Of a DNA stretch of 40,948 nt, positions 29,723 through 38,619 are shown one piece after another. Numbering within the stretch: the stretch's first letter is position 1; each line of letters starts with the position of its first letter. The notes below the pieces were generated by a model. That model did not search any database, was not told the DNA's origin, and saw nothing but the letters and a program-made list of their open reading frames with translations. The position numbers were made by a program, and so were the translations under genes. Source of the stretch: Thermoanaerobaculia bacterium (GTDB lineage Bacteria > Acidobacteriota > Thermoanaerobaculia > UBA5066 > DATFVB01); the NCBI GenBank assembly GCA_050747885.1, contig JBOGJO010000403.1:1-40948 (forward strand), read 5' to 3'.

Positions 29723-31087
29723 CTATCGGATCGTTTTCTTCGGTGCGGGAGTCGCCGGCGCGGGCGGAGCGGACACTTTCTTTTCCGCCGCGACGACCTT
29801 CTCGAGATCTCCGGTCGAAACCAGGAGGGCCTGGGAGCGATCGGCCACCTTCACCGCGACCCGGCCGGGCGATTCGGGCCGAACCGAGGCCGAAATCGAT
29901 TCGCCGGAGGCGAGACCGATCTTCCAGCTCGCGCTCTCCGCCTGGCCGCTGAGGCCTTTCGTCTCGGCTTCTCCCAGGAAGTCGGCTGCGTCGAGCGACG
30001 CAATCGCCGTCAGCACATCCTCCACGGACTGCGCCGGAACGGGCTTCCCGGATTCCGTCCACTGCGCGCCATCCTTCTTGAAGGATCGGATCGAATCCGC
30101 CGTCTTCCAATCGAGTTGCCGGACGTTCGAAGTCTCGAAACGCGCGACTTTGGTCTCGCGGTAGGCGTCGGCTTCCTTCGAAAGGTCGTCCGTCAGCGTG
30201 GCGTCGAGAGCGAACGTTTGTTCTCCGGAACGGGCGTAGACCGACTTTCCGTCCGCGCGGGTGGCCCCGATCTCGAGAACCTGGGGTTTCCTGGCAATCG
30301 TCATCGTCACGGTATAGATGGGTGGGGCGAGTCCGTCACCGCCGAAATCGCCCTTCGGGATCTTCAGAAACTCCGTCACGTTTGCCGCCAGGAGACCGTC
30401 GAGAAGACGGGTCACCTGTGACGAGGAGGCCAGGTCGGCAACCGGGCGAGTCATCCACCAGCTGTCCTTGCGTTTCTCGAAGTCGAGCCGGCCCCTTCCC
30501 CGAAGAAGGGTGAGCTGGCTCACGTCCACGAGCGAACCCTGAAAGACCTTCTTGCTCTTGAATCCGTCCAGAGGCTTCAGGAGATCCGTGGCCACGCTGG
30601 AGCGAACGAAGACCGTTCGATTCTCCCCTTTCACCCGCGCCGCGACCGTGTCGGTCCCGGGAATGTCTTTCCCGATCGACAGGGTGTGAGCCTCGGCCTT
30701 CTTGTCTTTCGTCCCCTTCGTGCTGATCGTAACGACCGCCCGGGGCGTCACGAGGCCGTAGTCGGGCTCGTTGGCGGCGGCCGGAGCTTCTCCCTCGCGG
30801 GACGGTTTGGCGAGGTCGAACACCAGAGACGAGAGCGAGCTCGAGTCGGCCGGGTACGCTTCGGGCCGAATCATTTTCCAGTCTTCGGGCGGGTTTCGTG
30901 AGAACTCGAGAACAGACCCGTCGCGCTGGATCTCGATTTTCGAAATGTCCGCCTCGTCGACCTGCCAGAGCACGTCGCCCTTGTCGAGACGCTCCTGGGT
31001 GGTCGGGAGACGCCGTTCCAGAATCACGATGAAACCCAGGAGGACAGCGAGAATTCCCGTGAGGAGGGCCAGGCGGCGAAGCGTCAT
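29723..31087 (-). CDS. DUF4340-like protein (single N-terminal TM anchor; usual partner of GldG-type ABC auxiliary proteins)
   Basis: MTLRRLALLTGILAVLLGFIVIL anchor, then repeated beta-rich modules (ISKIEIQRDGSVLEFSR...WKMIRP). The position immediately after a GldG-like gene is the usual DUF4340 context. Confidence 0.6.
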   Translation of the reverse strand: MTLRRLALLTGILAVLLGFIVILERRLPTTQERLDKGDVLWQVDEADISKIEIQRDGSVLEFSRNPPEDWKMIRPEAYPADSSSLSSLVFDLAKPSREGEAPAAANEPDYGLVTPRAVVTISTKGTKDKKAEAHTLSIGKDIPGTDTVAARVKGENRTVFVRSSVATDLLKPLDGFKSKKVFQGSLVDVSQLTLLRGRGRLDFEKRKDSWWMTRPVADLASSSQVTRLLDGLLAANVTEFLKIPKGDFGGDGLAPPIYTVTMTIARKPQVLEIGATRADGKSVYARSGEQTFALDATLTDDLSKEADAYRETKVARFETSNVRQLDWKTADSIRSFKKDGAQWTESGKPVPAQSVEDVLTAIASLDAADFLGEAETKGLSGQAESASWKIGLASGESISASVRPESPGRVAVKVADRSQALLVSTGDLEKVVAAEKKVSAPPAPATPAPKKTIR

Positions 31088-31090
31088 CGA

Positions 31091-32572
31091 TCAGCCGCGC
31101 CTCTTGGTCCAGACGACGATTCCGGCGAGGATGGCGAGTCCCGGAATTCCAAAGAGGCACAAAAGCCCGATTCTCTTCAGGGCTGAGGCAGAAATCGTCA
31201 GAGAGGTCTGCTCCATCGATTTCGGAGCGATGCCCACGAGCTCCGTGTTGCCGATGAGCCAGTGTGCCGTGTTCAGAAAGAGGTTCGCGTTCGAAACACT
31301 CTGAAGCTCGGCGTTGCAGGCGAAGTCGGAATCGCCGAAGACCGCCAAACGCGCGCGACCTCCCGCGTCGGCTCCCGAAACCGCCGCCGTTGCGGAGCGG
31401 GAAACCGCGACGGCCAGAGTCACCGGCCCCGCGACGTCGTTGGAGTCCTTCTTGACCGCCGAGAGGTCCACGAGATCGGTTTCACCCCATCCGTCCGGGG
31501 TCGTCTGCAGCAGCGGCGTCGCTGTGAAGCCGGCGTGGGTCGAGGTGCCGGGCTGAACCGACCTTGCGAGGGGAAGAATCACCGCGGTCTTGGCGGAATC
31601 CAGCGGCGAGACGATCTCGTGCGATCCGAAATGATTCACATAGACCGTCTCGGCGCCGATGAAGGGAAGGGCGTTGCCCGGATCCACCACGATGTCGTTG
31701 TCGAGCTTGACCCCCCATTCCGAGAGGAGAGCCGAGAGCCCGAGGTCCGGCGGTGGGCCTCCGGGTTTCGGAAGGACCGGGTCCACGAGAACGAGGACGT
31801 GGCCGCCCGCCGCCAGGTAATGGTCGAGGGCGTCCCGTTCCGGAGCGAGGAGGGCCGTCTGCGGTCCCGCGAGAACGACGAGGTCCGCGTCCGACGGGAC
31901 CGTCGCCTTTCCGAGCGACTCCCACACGGCCACGGCATCATTGTCTTTCCCGAGGAGGTCCTTGATCTCCGAGAATCCGCGCTCTCCCCCGTCGTCGGAC
32001 GATTTCTCACCATGCCCCGACATGAAATAGATCTTTGGAGATTTCTCCGACGTGACGGCCAGGATCGCCGAGGTGAACGCCTGTTCCCCCTTGAAGTTCT
32101 TGAGGCCTCCCGGCTGGCCGGGACCGCCCGAGAAGTCCATGTCCCCGAGCTGGTCCTCGGTCACGTACTTCTTCCGAGCGCCGGAGCGGAACACGATCGT
32201 GTTCTGTCGCACGTTGTATTCCGACACGAGCGCCTGCGCACGGGCGAGATTTCGCCGGGGGTCCAGTTTTTCGATGCGGATCATCGTCGGCGCGAGCTTC
32301 CGATACCTTTCGAGAATCTCGTTGACCTCCGGATACGTCCGCGACTCCCGGCTCATGAACACCGTCACGTCGACCGGGGCCTTGATCTTCGCGACGATTT
32401 TCTTCGTCGTGTCGGACAGCGAGTAGATTTTCGCCTTCGTCCAATCTCCCCGGGACCAGTGCCGGTAGCCCAGGTAGTTGACCAGGACGAAGATCGCCGC
32501 GACGACCGCCACGGATCCCGAGAACATTCCGGCGCTGGCGGCGCGCCGGCGAGTGCCGAGAGTCGTCTTCAT
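31091..32572 (-). CDS. GldG-like ABC-transporter auxiliary component (ABC_transp_aux family)
   Basis: ATG 32572 overlaps the permease stop (ATGA). N-terminal TM (VAVVAAIFVLVNYLGY), RGDWTKAKIYSLSDTTKKIV...VDVTVFMS, the LVVLAGPQ block and a C-terminal TM (GLLCLFGIPGLAILAGIVVW) match the GldG architecture. Confidence 0.75.
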   Translation of the reverse strand: MKTTLGTRRRAASAGMFSGSVAVVAAIFVLVNYLGYRHWSRGDWTKAKIYSLSDTTKKIVAKIKAPVDVTVFMSRESRTYPEVNEILERYRKLAPTMIRIEKLDPRRNLARAQALVSEYNVRQNTIVFRSGARKKYVTEDQLGDMDFSGGPGQPGGLKNFKGEQAFTSAILAVTSEKSPKIYFMSGHGEKSSDDGGERGFSEIKDLLGKDNDAVAVWESLGKATVPSDADLVVLAGPQTALLAPERDALDHYLAAGGHVLVLVDPVLPKPGGPPPDLGLSALLSEWGVKLDNDIVVDPGNALPFIGAETVYVNHFGSHEIVSPLDSAKTAVILPLARSVQPGTSTHAGFTATPLLQTTPDGWGETDLVDLSAVKKDSNDVAGPVTLAVAVSRSATAAVSGADAGGRARLAVFGDSDFACNAELQSVSNANLFLNTAHWLIGNTELVGIAPKSMEQTSLTISASALKRIGLLCLFGIPGLAILAGIVVWTKRRG

Positions 32573-33306
32573 TGCCCTTTTTTCACCTCGAGCGTCGCCT
32601 GCGCCAGGAACAGGAACCCCGCCGCGGCGGACACGTAGTAAACGATGTGCCGGGTGTCCACGACTCCCCTCGCGAATTCCTCCATGTGGTCCCAGATCGT
32701 CACGTAGCTCAGAAAGTCCCGCCACGACGGCTCGTTGGCGAGGGACTGGAGCAGTCCGGCGGAAAAGACGATCAGGATCATGAGGAATCCCAGGATTGCG
32801 GCGACGATCTGGTTCTTCGAGAGGCTCGACGCGAATGTGCCGATCGCCAGGAAATAGGCTCCGAGCAGCAGGACCGCAAGAAGGCTCGAGGCGACGATTC
32901 TCAGATCGATCGTGGCGAACTTTTCCAGAATGAGGGCGTAAAAAACTACCGGCACCCAGAGAACCGTGTAGAAAAGAAACGCGGCCGTGAACTTCCCGAG
33001 AATGATGGTGCCCGCCGTGACCGGCGAGGTCAGGAGCGTCTCGATCGAACCCGACTTACGCTCTTCGGAGATGAGCCGCATCGTGATGACGGGAATGAAG
33101 AAGATCATGAAGATCCAGAAGAACGTGTTGTTGAAGAGGATGCCGAGCGGCTGCATCGAACCGGCGCCCGGCCGGCTGAGGAACCCCAGAATCGTGGAGA
33201 AGATGAATCCGTTGAGAAACCAGAACGCCGCGAGAATGATGTAGCCGAGCGGCGAATAGAAGTACGCGAGCCATTCCCGACGAACGATCGCGAAAAATTT
33301 TCTCAT
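32569..33306 (-). CDS. ABC-2 type transporter permease (GldF-like)
   Basis: 245 aa, six hydrophobic helices, FFAIVRREWLAYFYSPLGYIILAAFWFLNG and RKSGSIETLLTSPV typical of ABC-2/GldF permeases. 4-nt overlaps with both neighbours. Confidence 0.8.
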   Translation of the reverse strand: MRKFFAIVRREWLAYFYSPLGYIILAAFWFLNGFIFSTILGFLSRPGAGSMQPLGILFNNTFFWIFMIFFIPVITMRLISEERKSGSIETLLTSPVTAGTIILGKFTAAFLFYTVLWVPVVFYALILEKFATIDLRIVASSLLAVLLLGAYFLAIGTFASSLSKNQIVAAILGFLMILIVFSAGLLQSLANEPSWRDFLSYVTIWDHMEEFARGVVDTRHIVYYVSAAAGFLFLAQATLEVKKGQ

Positions 33307-34262
33307 GACGCCGCCTCCTCGGGCTCCGGCGCAGAATGATCCTGCGTCGTCAGCCGTACGAAGACGTCTTCGAGAGTGGCGGTCTCCCCCACGAGCTCCC
33401 GCAGCGTCCAGCCGTTCTCCACGGCCTTGTGAAAGACCGCTTCACGGCAATCGACGCCCTCGTCGCATTCCAGCCGCACACGCGTTTCCCCCGCTTCGAA
33501 GGTCTGATGGATCGCCCTCACTCCGTCGAGGGAAGCCAGCAGCGGACGCGCATCGACCTCGCCGGCGAAACTCGCCCGCAACAGCGCGGCTCCCGACCCG
33601 CGCCGGCGAAGCTCCTCGGGAGTCCCCTGCGCGACGATCTTCCCCCGGTCGATGATGAGAACCTGATCGCAGATCGCCTCCACCTCCGGCAGGATGTGAG
33701 TGGAGAGGAGAACGGTCCTCTCCCTTCCCAGTTCCTTGATGAGCTCCCGGATCTTGATGATCTGCTTCGGATCGAGGCCGACCGTCGGTTCGTCCAGGAT
33801 CAGAATCGGGGGTCGGTGGACCAGCGCGCCGGCGAGCCCGACCCGTTGTTTGTATCCTTTCGAGAGGGTTCCCGTGATGCGGTTGGCGACCTCCGCGAGA
33901 AGACATCGGTCGACCGCATCGTCCACGCGCGCTTTCCGGTCGGACGATGGCACGCCCTCCAGATCGGCCCGGTAGCGCAGGTATTCTCGAACGCGCATTT
34001 CCGGATACAACGCGACGTTCTCGGGCAGATAGCCGATGGACGCCCGGGCCCGAATGGGGTCCCGGACGACGTCGTGGCCCGCGACTTTGATCTCGCCCTC
34101 GGTCGGAGGAAGAAATCCCGTCAGCACCCGCATTGTCGTGGTCTTGCCGGCGCCGTTGGGTCCGAGGAATCCGACGATGGCTCCCTCGGGAATCTCGAAG
34201 GAGATGTCGTCAACGGCCGGAGGCCCGTAGTACTTCATCGTGAAATTGCGGACTTCGATCAT
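33303..34262 (-). CDS. ABC transporter ATP-binding protein (GldA-like)
   Basis: Start at ATG 34262 (MIEVRNFTMKYYG). Walker A GPNGAGKTT, signature LSKGYKQR, Walker B ILILDEP and H-loop STHIL. The 47-codon N-terminal extension in the track lies across the promoter region. Confidence 0.9.
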   Translation of the reverse strand: MIEVRNFTMKYYGPPAVDDISFEIPEGAIVGFLGPNGAGKTTTMRVLTGFLPPTEGEIKVAGHDVVRDPIRARASIGYLPENVALYPEMRVREYLRYRADLEGVPSSDRKARVDDAVDRCLLAEVANRITGTLSKGYKQRVGLAGALVHRPPILILDEPTVGLDPKQIIKIRELIKELGRERTVLLSTHILPEVEAICDQVLIIDRGKIVAQGTPEELRRRGSGAALLRASFAGEVDARPLLASLDGVRAIHQTFEAGETRVRLECDEGVDCREAVFHKAVENGWTLRELVGETATLEDVFVRLTTQDHSAPEPEEAAS

Positions 34263-34297
34263 TTCTCTCCCGTTCCGCTGCTGTCGATCCTTCGGAT

Positions 34298-34313
34298 AGC
34301 AACCCGGGTGCCA
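34298..34313 (-). promoter_or_regulatory. Sigma-54 (-24/-12) promoter of the ABC/GldG/DUF4340 operon
   Basis: The minus strand reads TGGCAC-ccggg-TTGCT, a full match to TGGCAC-N5-TTGCW. It lies about 36 nt upstream of ATG 34262, with GGGAGAG as the RBS in between. Confidence 0.7.
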
Positions 34314-34385
34314 CACCGAAGAGCGCGCAGTGTAACGGCTTTTGAATGCGATTGACACTCCGCCTTCCGGCAGTGAGGTCTTTTC

Positions 34386-34401
34386 GGCGCGCGGGCGCGC
34401 C
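34386..34401. promoter_or_regulatory. GC-rich perfect inverted repeat; candidate enhancer (UAS) or operator site
   Basis: ggcgcgc-gg-gcgcgcc has 7-bp arms and a 2-nt spacer. It sits about 75-100 nt upstream of the sigma-54 -24 element and about 25 nt upstream of the divergent M24 gene start. Confidence 0.25.
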
Positions 34402-34425
34402 AAATCAGCGTGTTATTCTTCCCGC

Positions 34426-35496
34426 ATGACAGAGAAAAATCCGATCGAGGAACGCCTGCGAACCGCGCGCTCCCGGCTGGCGCAGGGCGGCGCGGACGTT
34501 CTCCTGGTGACCCCTTCGACGAACCTCTTCTACCTTTCGGGGATCTCGTTTCACCGCAGCGAGCGTCTGACGGCCGTGCTGATTCCCAAAGACGGCGAGC
34601 CAGTTCTCGTCGTGCCGGCGTTCGAAGAAACCCACGCGCGATCAATGACGCCGATCTCGCGCATCGTCACCTGGCAGGAAACCGAGGACGCCTTTGCGAA
34701 AGCCGCGTCCTTGCTCGGAGCCGGCCGGGGCACGATTCTCGTCGAGCCCTCGACCGCCTTCGACGACGTGGAGAGGCTGCTTTCTCACGCTCCCGGATGG
34801 ATTGCGAAGTCGGGGGCGAATCTCTTCGCCGCGATGCGCATGGTCAAGAGCTCGGAAGAACTGGCAACGATGCGCCGCGCGATCGCGACCGGCGTGGCCC
34901 GGTTCCGGGCGGCGTTCGAGCGGCTTCGGCCGGGAGTGTCCGAACGTGAGATTTCCGGAGCCTTCGGCGGGGAGAACGTCGTTCAATTCGGCCCGTCGGC
35001 GGCCGTCCCGCACGGCGAAGCGTCGGAGCGCCGGCTGTCGAAAAACGAGGCCGTTCTCATCGACGCCTGGGACAATCCGGAGGGGTATTACTACGACATC
35101 ACGCGATCGACGTTTTACGGAGCGCCGACCGACGAGTACCGAAAGGTCTGGGACATCGTTCACGAGGCGCAGGGGGCCGGAATCGAAGCGGCGCGGCCCG
35201 GTGTCGCCTGTTCGGAGGTCGATGCGGCGGCGCGGCGCGTGATCGAGAAAGCGGGATACGGCGAGTACTTCACGCATCGCCTGGGTCATGGTCTGGGAAT
35301 CGACGTGCACGAGCCTCCCTACATGGTCTCCGGCAACGACATCCTCCTCGAACCGGGGATGACGTTCACGTCCGAACCCGGAATCTATCTTCCGGGCCGG
35401 TTCGGGGTACGAATCGAAGACGACGTCGCCGTGACCGAGAAGGGCTCGGAAGTCCTCTCCCCGCGGCCCGCAAAGCTCGAAGCCATCCCGGCCTGA
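34426..35496 (+). CDS. M24-family Xaa-Pro dipeptidase (cytoplasmic paralogue, no signal peptide)
   Basis: Start at ATG 34426 (MTEKNPIEERL). [47 protein letters not shown] and [17 protein letters not shown] are present. Clear paralogue of the 5174-6418 gene. Confidence 0.85.
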   Translation: MTEKNPIEERLRTARSRLAQGGADVLLVTPSTNLFYLSGISFHRSERLTAVLIPKDGEPVLVVPAFEETHARSMTPISRIVTWQETEDAFAKAASLLGAGRGTILVEPSTAFDDVERLLSHAPGWIAKSGANLFAAMRMVKSSEELATMRRAIATGVARFRAAFERLRPGVSEREISGAFGGENVVQFGPSAAVPHGEASERRLSKNEAVLIDAWDNPEGYYYDITRSTFYGAPTDEYRKVWDIVHEAQGAGIEAARPGVACSEVDAAARRVIEKAGYGEYFTHRLGHGLGIDVHEPPYMVSGNDILLEPGMTFTSEPGIYLPGRFGVRIEDDVAVTEKGSEVLSPRPAKLEAIPA

Positions 35497-35517
35497 CCCT
35501 TCGGGTGCGAACGCGGT

Positions 35518-37713
35518 CTAGCGGCGGCCGATGACCGCAGGACCCGGAGCCGGCGCGGGCGACAGGCAGCCGCGCGCCGCAGCCGAGGGACAGCCCGAGT
35601 CGGAGAGTCCCGGAAGCGCTGGAATCGCGATGTGCTGGTGGTGCGTCATCCCTCCGCCGGAGGCGGACACGTCGAGCGTGAAGGCCTGGGTCCCCGAGGA
35701 TGTCGCGGCAGCCAGCGAGAGCGTCGCGGATCCGCCGCCGGGCGCCGGGATCGCGCCGGAAGACAGCACGACCGAGACCCCGGCCGGCACACCCGAGCAT
35801 TCGATCCGAATCGGCGCCGAGAATCCCGCCACGGGACTCGTCGTTACCTTCCACGAGGGCGGCGAAACCGCCGCCAGGCCGTCGCCCGTGGCGGTCACGA
35901 CGAGACTGAAATCGGCGGCCTCGGCCGTCGCGTTCCAGTTTTCCGCCAGGGCCGAAGCGTCGAGGGAACCGAGACCGGTCGCCGAGTCGTAGCCCGGTCC
36001 GGCCGAAAAACCGGACACTCCCGGCACGCTGTTGTCTCCCTCGACAATGTCGTGGAAGACCTCCGCGCCTCCGGAAGCGGCCGGGGTCGCAGCGAGTCGG
36101 TACAGGACCGGATTGACGTTTCCCTGGCGCGAACCAATCGCCTGAAGGATGAGAGCCATGATCCCCGCCATCGCCGGCGAGGAGGCCGACGTTCCCTCCG
36201 CTCCGAGGAGTCCCGGCGCCGAAGGGGTCGCGCCCTGAATCATCAAATAGGGCGTCGCTCCCGATGCGGCCAGCGAAACGTCCGGAACGTGACGTCGACC
36301 GTCGGCGGGGACGCCTGGAAAGTTCTTCTGCCAGGCCGGCTGCGCGAAGACCGCGCTCGTCCCGCCGCCCGTGGCCCAGAGTCCGGAGCCTCCCGGCGTG
36401 CCTCCGCTCTCGTTCCACGAACCCTCGGGGATGTAGGAGCGCGCGCCGGAGGGAGTCCACAGGTCGGCGGTTTCACTGCCACTCTGAAACTGCGTTCCGC
36501 CGACACAGACGTCGTCGGAGCTTGCGCAGAGGCCGGACACCGCCAATCCGGATCCCACGGAGTCGTCCGCGAAGCTGCAGCCGGACGCTCCGCTGTCCAT
36601 CGATGAGACGAAAACGGTCATCCCCTGGGCCGCCGCCTGGGCCCACAGATTCTTGTAGAGCGCGACCCCCGCGGAGCCCATCGACGACTCGCAATTTCCG
36701 AAGCTGACCGAGACGATGGGAGCGAGGTTGTGGTCGACGATGTACTCGGCGGAAAGGTCGATTCCGTCGGTCGCGGCCGTCGAGCCGGAGACGACGAGGC
36801 TCACCGATGCATTCGGTGCGACCGCGCCGGACCACTCGACGTCGAGGTCGGCCTCGAACTCCTCGTCGCCCCCCAGATTTCCGGGTGAAGGGCCGTTGCG
36901 GACAATGACAGGATCGCCCGGAGGGAGCCCGAACATCTTTCGAAACGCCGAGACATCCGACGAGGCGATCTCGGTTCGCCCCGCGATGGCGATTGTCGTC
37001 CCGGCTCCCGTGACGCCCGCGGCATGGAGCGGAGCGACCCCGTAGATGGCCGCAAAATCGGCGGGAGCCAGGGCGTGCCCGCCCGAGTCGGAAGAAGAAG
37101 AACCCGGACCGACTCGGGGGCTTCGATGGCCCATCGAGCGGCGCGGCGAGCCCTGAAGTGAGGCGAGCCCCTCGAGGAGACCGGAGATCTCCGGAGGAGC
37201 TGAAACCGGGTCCAGCCGCATGGGACGAGTCCGGGAAGAGCCGGAAAATTCATGAATCCGGGTCGCGAACGCCGTTTCCACGCGAGAAACCGGCCCCGAG
37301 AAATTGATCCAACCGCGTCCCTCCGGGATCCCGTCGATCGAGAGGCCCTGGTCCTCGAGCCAGCCGGCGACCGCATCGATCTCTGAATCCGTGATCCCAA
37401 ACCGGAGCCCGAATTCCCGCGGCGTGAGCCAGTGGTGGTAGTCGGGTGAGGCGGGGTCCTGCACGGCCGAGAGAAATTCTCTCAAGGCCGCGCTGGCCGC
37501 CGCCGTCCGCGAGAGAACGAGCGTCATTCGGTCGAGAGGCGCGCTGAGGTCCGCCGGGCCAAGGTCCGAGCCGTTCGCAGGAAGGTCAACGCGCTCCATG
37601 ATCGGGACCCGCTCGCCTCGCGTCAGCGGTCTCGCGCCGCCGGCCGCGACTCCGGCCGCACACATCGCCGCCGCCGCAACGACACCATTTCTCCATTTGA
37701 TCCAGACTCGCAT
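35518..37713 (-). CDS. Secreted S53 (sedolisin/kumamolisin-like) serine peptidase with pro-domain and a C-terminal Ig-like extension
   Basis: Signal-like N-terminus. Pro-kumamolisin activation-domain pattern (FLSAVQDPASPDYHHWLTPREFGLRFG...SRVETAF). Catalytic-Ser context GTSASSPAMAGIMALI. About 170 aa of extra C-terminal beta-rich sequence. Confidence 0.8.
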   Translation of the reverse strand: MRVWIKWRNGVVAAAAMCAAGVAAGGARPLTRGERVPIMERVDLPANGSDLGPADLSAPLDRMTLVLSRTAAASAALREFLSAVQDPASPDYHHWLTPREFGLRFGITDSEIDAVAGWLEDQGLSIDGIPEGRGWINFSGPVSRVETAFATRIHEFSGSSRTRPMRLDPVSAPPEISGLLEGLASLQGSPRRSMGHRSPRVGPGSSSSDSGGHALAPADFAAIYGVAPLHAAGVTGAGTTIAIAGRTEIASSDVSAFRKMFGLPPGDPVIVRNGPSPGNLGGDEEFEADLDVEWSGAVAPNASVSLVVSGSTAATDGIDLSAEYIVDHNLAPIVSVSFGNCESSMGSAGVALYKNLWAQAAAQGMTVFVSSMDSGASGCSFADDSVGSGLAVSGLCASSDDVCVGGTQFQSGSETADLWTPSGARSYIPEGSWNESGGTPGGSGLWATGGGTSAVFAQPAWQKNFPGVPADGRRHVPDVSLAASGATPYLMIQGATPSAPGLLGAEGTSASSPAMAGIMALILQAIGSRQGNVNPVLYRLAATPAASGGAEVFHDIVEGDNSVPGVSGFSAGPGYDSATGLGSLDASALAENWNATAEAADFSLVVTATGDGLAAVSPPSWKVTTSPVAGFSAPIRIECSGVPAGVSVVLSSGAIPAPGGGSATLSLAAATSSGTQAFTLDVSASGGGMTHHQHIAIPALPGLSDSGCPSAAARGCLSPAPAPGPAVIGRR

Positions 37714-37950
37714 TCGCAGAACCTCCGCTCGCCGGAAGAAGCAAAGCGGAAGCCGTCGTTGAAACTGGCCCCGAGAAACCGCAAGTCACGGCATTGCAGC
37801 GCGATCGGCGTCGGAGAGACTCTTGCCCGGCTTTTTATTTCCCGTGGCGGGAATGAGATTCTGGAACGAGGACGGAGAAAGTTGCGCGAGACGGGAAATC
37901 GCGGGCATTCGGCTATCTCCAGGATTGACGTGAGGGATTAAGATCTCTTT

Positions 37951-38340
37951 ATGTCGATCGCGATGCGCGAGGCAAAGAAGCTGCTGTTGAAGCTGCCGGA
38001 CGTCGTCGAGGGGACGTCCTACAAAATGCCGTCGTTTCTCGTCCACGGGAGGTTTTTCGCGCGGTTCCGCGACGACGACACGGTCCTCGTCCTTCAGCTC
38101 AAGGCGATCGCGGACCGCGATGTGCTGATGGAAATCGACCCCTCGGCCTTCTTCTTCACCGACCACTACCGGAATTACCCCGCAGTCCTCGTCCGGCTGG
38201 CCAAAGTTCCGCGATCTCTCCTCGCCGACGTGGTGAAGGAGGCGTGGCGGCATGTCTCGTCGATGCCGCCCGCCCGTAAGCGCGCGGCGCCTCGCCGCCG
38301 TTCCTCATTGCGTCGGAAACGGAAATCGCTCGGGTCGTGA
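37951..38340 (+). CDS. MmcQ/YjbR-family protein
   Basis: LLLKLPDVVEGTSYKMPSFLVHGRFFARFRDDDTVLVLQL...DPSAFFFTDHYRNYPAVLVRL fits the YjbR fold family. The last codons and the stop lie inside a repeat copy (see 38322-38349). Confidence 0.65.
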   Translation: MSIAMREAKKLLLKLPDVVEGTSYKMPSFLVHGRFFARFRDDDTVLVLQLKAIADRDVLMEIDPSAFFFTDHYRNYPAVLVRLAKVPRSLLADVVKEAWRHVSSMPPARKRAAPRRRSSLRRKRKSLGS

Positions 38341-38349
38341 CTCGCCCTC
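38322..38349 (+). repeat. Direct repeat, copy 1 (28-nt core)
   Basis: gaaatcgctcgggtcgtgactcgccctc matches 26 of 28 nt of the copy at 38430-38457. It contains the stop codon of the YjbR-like CDS. Confidence 0.8.
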
Positions 38350-38368
38350 GCGCGGAGCGCCGGCCCCC

Positions 38369-38426
38369 CTGTCATTCTCGCGCACTCCTGTCATTCCCGC
38401 GAAGCTTGTCCCCGCGAAAGCGGGGA
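38369..38426 (+). repeat. REP-like unit: tandem 14-mers followed by a GAAA-tetraloop hairpin
   Basis: ctgtcattctcgcg (38369-38382) and ctgtcattcccgcg (38388-38401), then tccccgc-gaaa-gcgggga (38409-38426; perfect 7-bp stem). Confidence 0.7.
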
Positions 38427-38429
38427 GCG

Positions 38430-38457
38430 GGAATCGCTCAGGTCGTGACTCGCCCTC
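38430..38457 (+). repeat. Direct repeat, copy 2 (28-nt core)
   Basis: ggaatcgctcaggtcgtgactcgccctc. See copy 1. Confidence 0.8.
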
Positions 38458-38511
38458 ACCCACCCACCGTGGCGCCCACCAAGACTGCCCCCTCATCCGG
38501 CCTCACGGCCA

Positions 38512-38534
38512 CCTTCTCCCCCAGGGGGCGAAGG
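38512..38534 (+). repeat. REP-like GC-rich hairpin
   Basis: ccttctcccc-cag-ggggcgaagg has 10-nt arms with one mismatch. Confidence 0.5.
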
Positions 38535-38619
38535 GACAGCTGGCTACCCTCTCTCCCGGACCACATCAATTTCTTTTTCGTGAATCGGTTGTAAATAGAA
38601 TCGACTTCGGGAGGTACCG

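Noticed and set aside
37714-37950. 237-nt divergent intergenic region as a possible riboswitch/sRNA, and the small ORF 37759-37941
   Set aside because: I could not recognise any known riboswitch core or a convincing stem-loop series. The ORF has a TTG start, no RBS and a non-coding-like composition. It was left unannotated.
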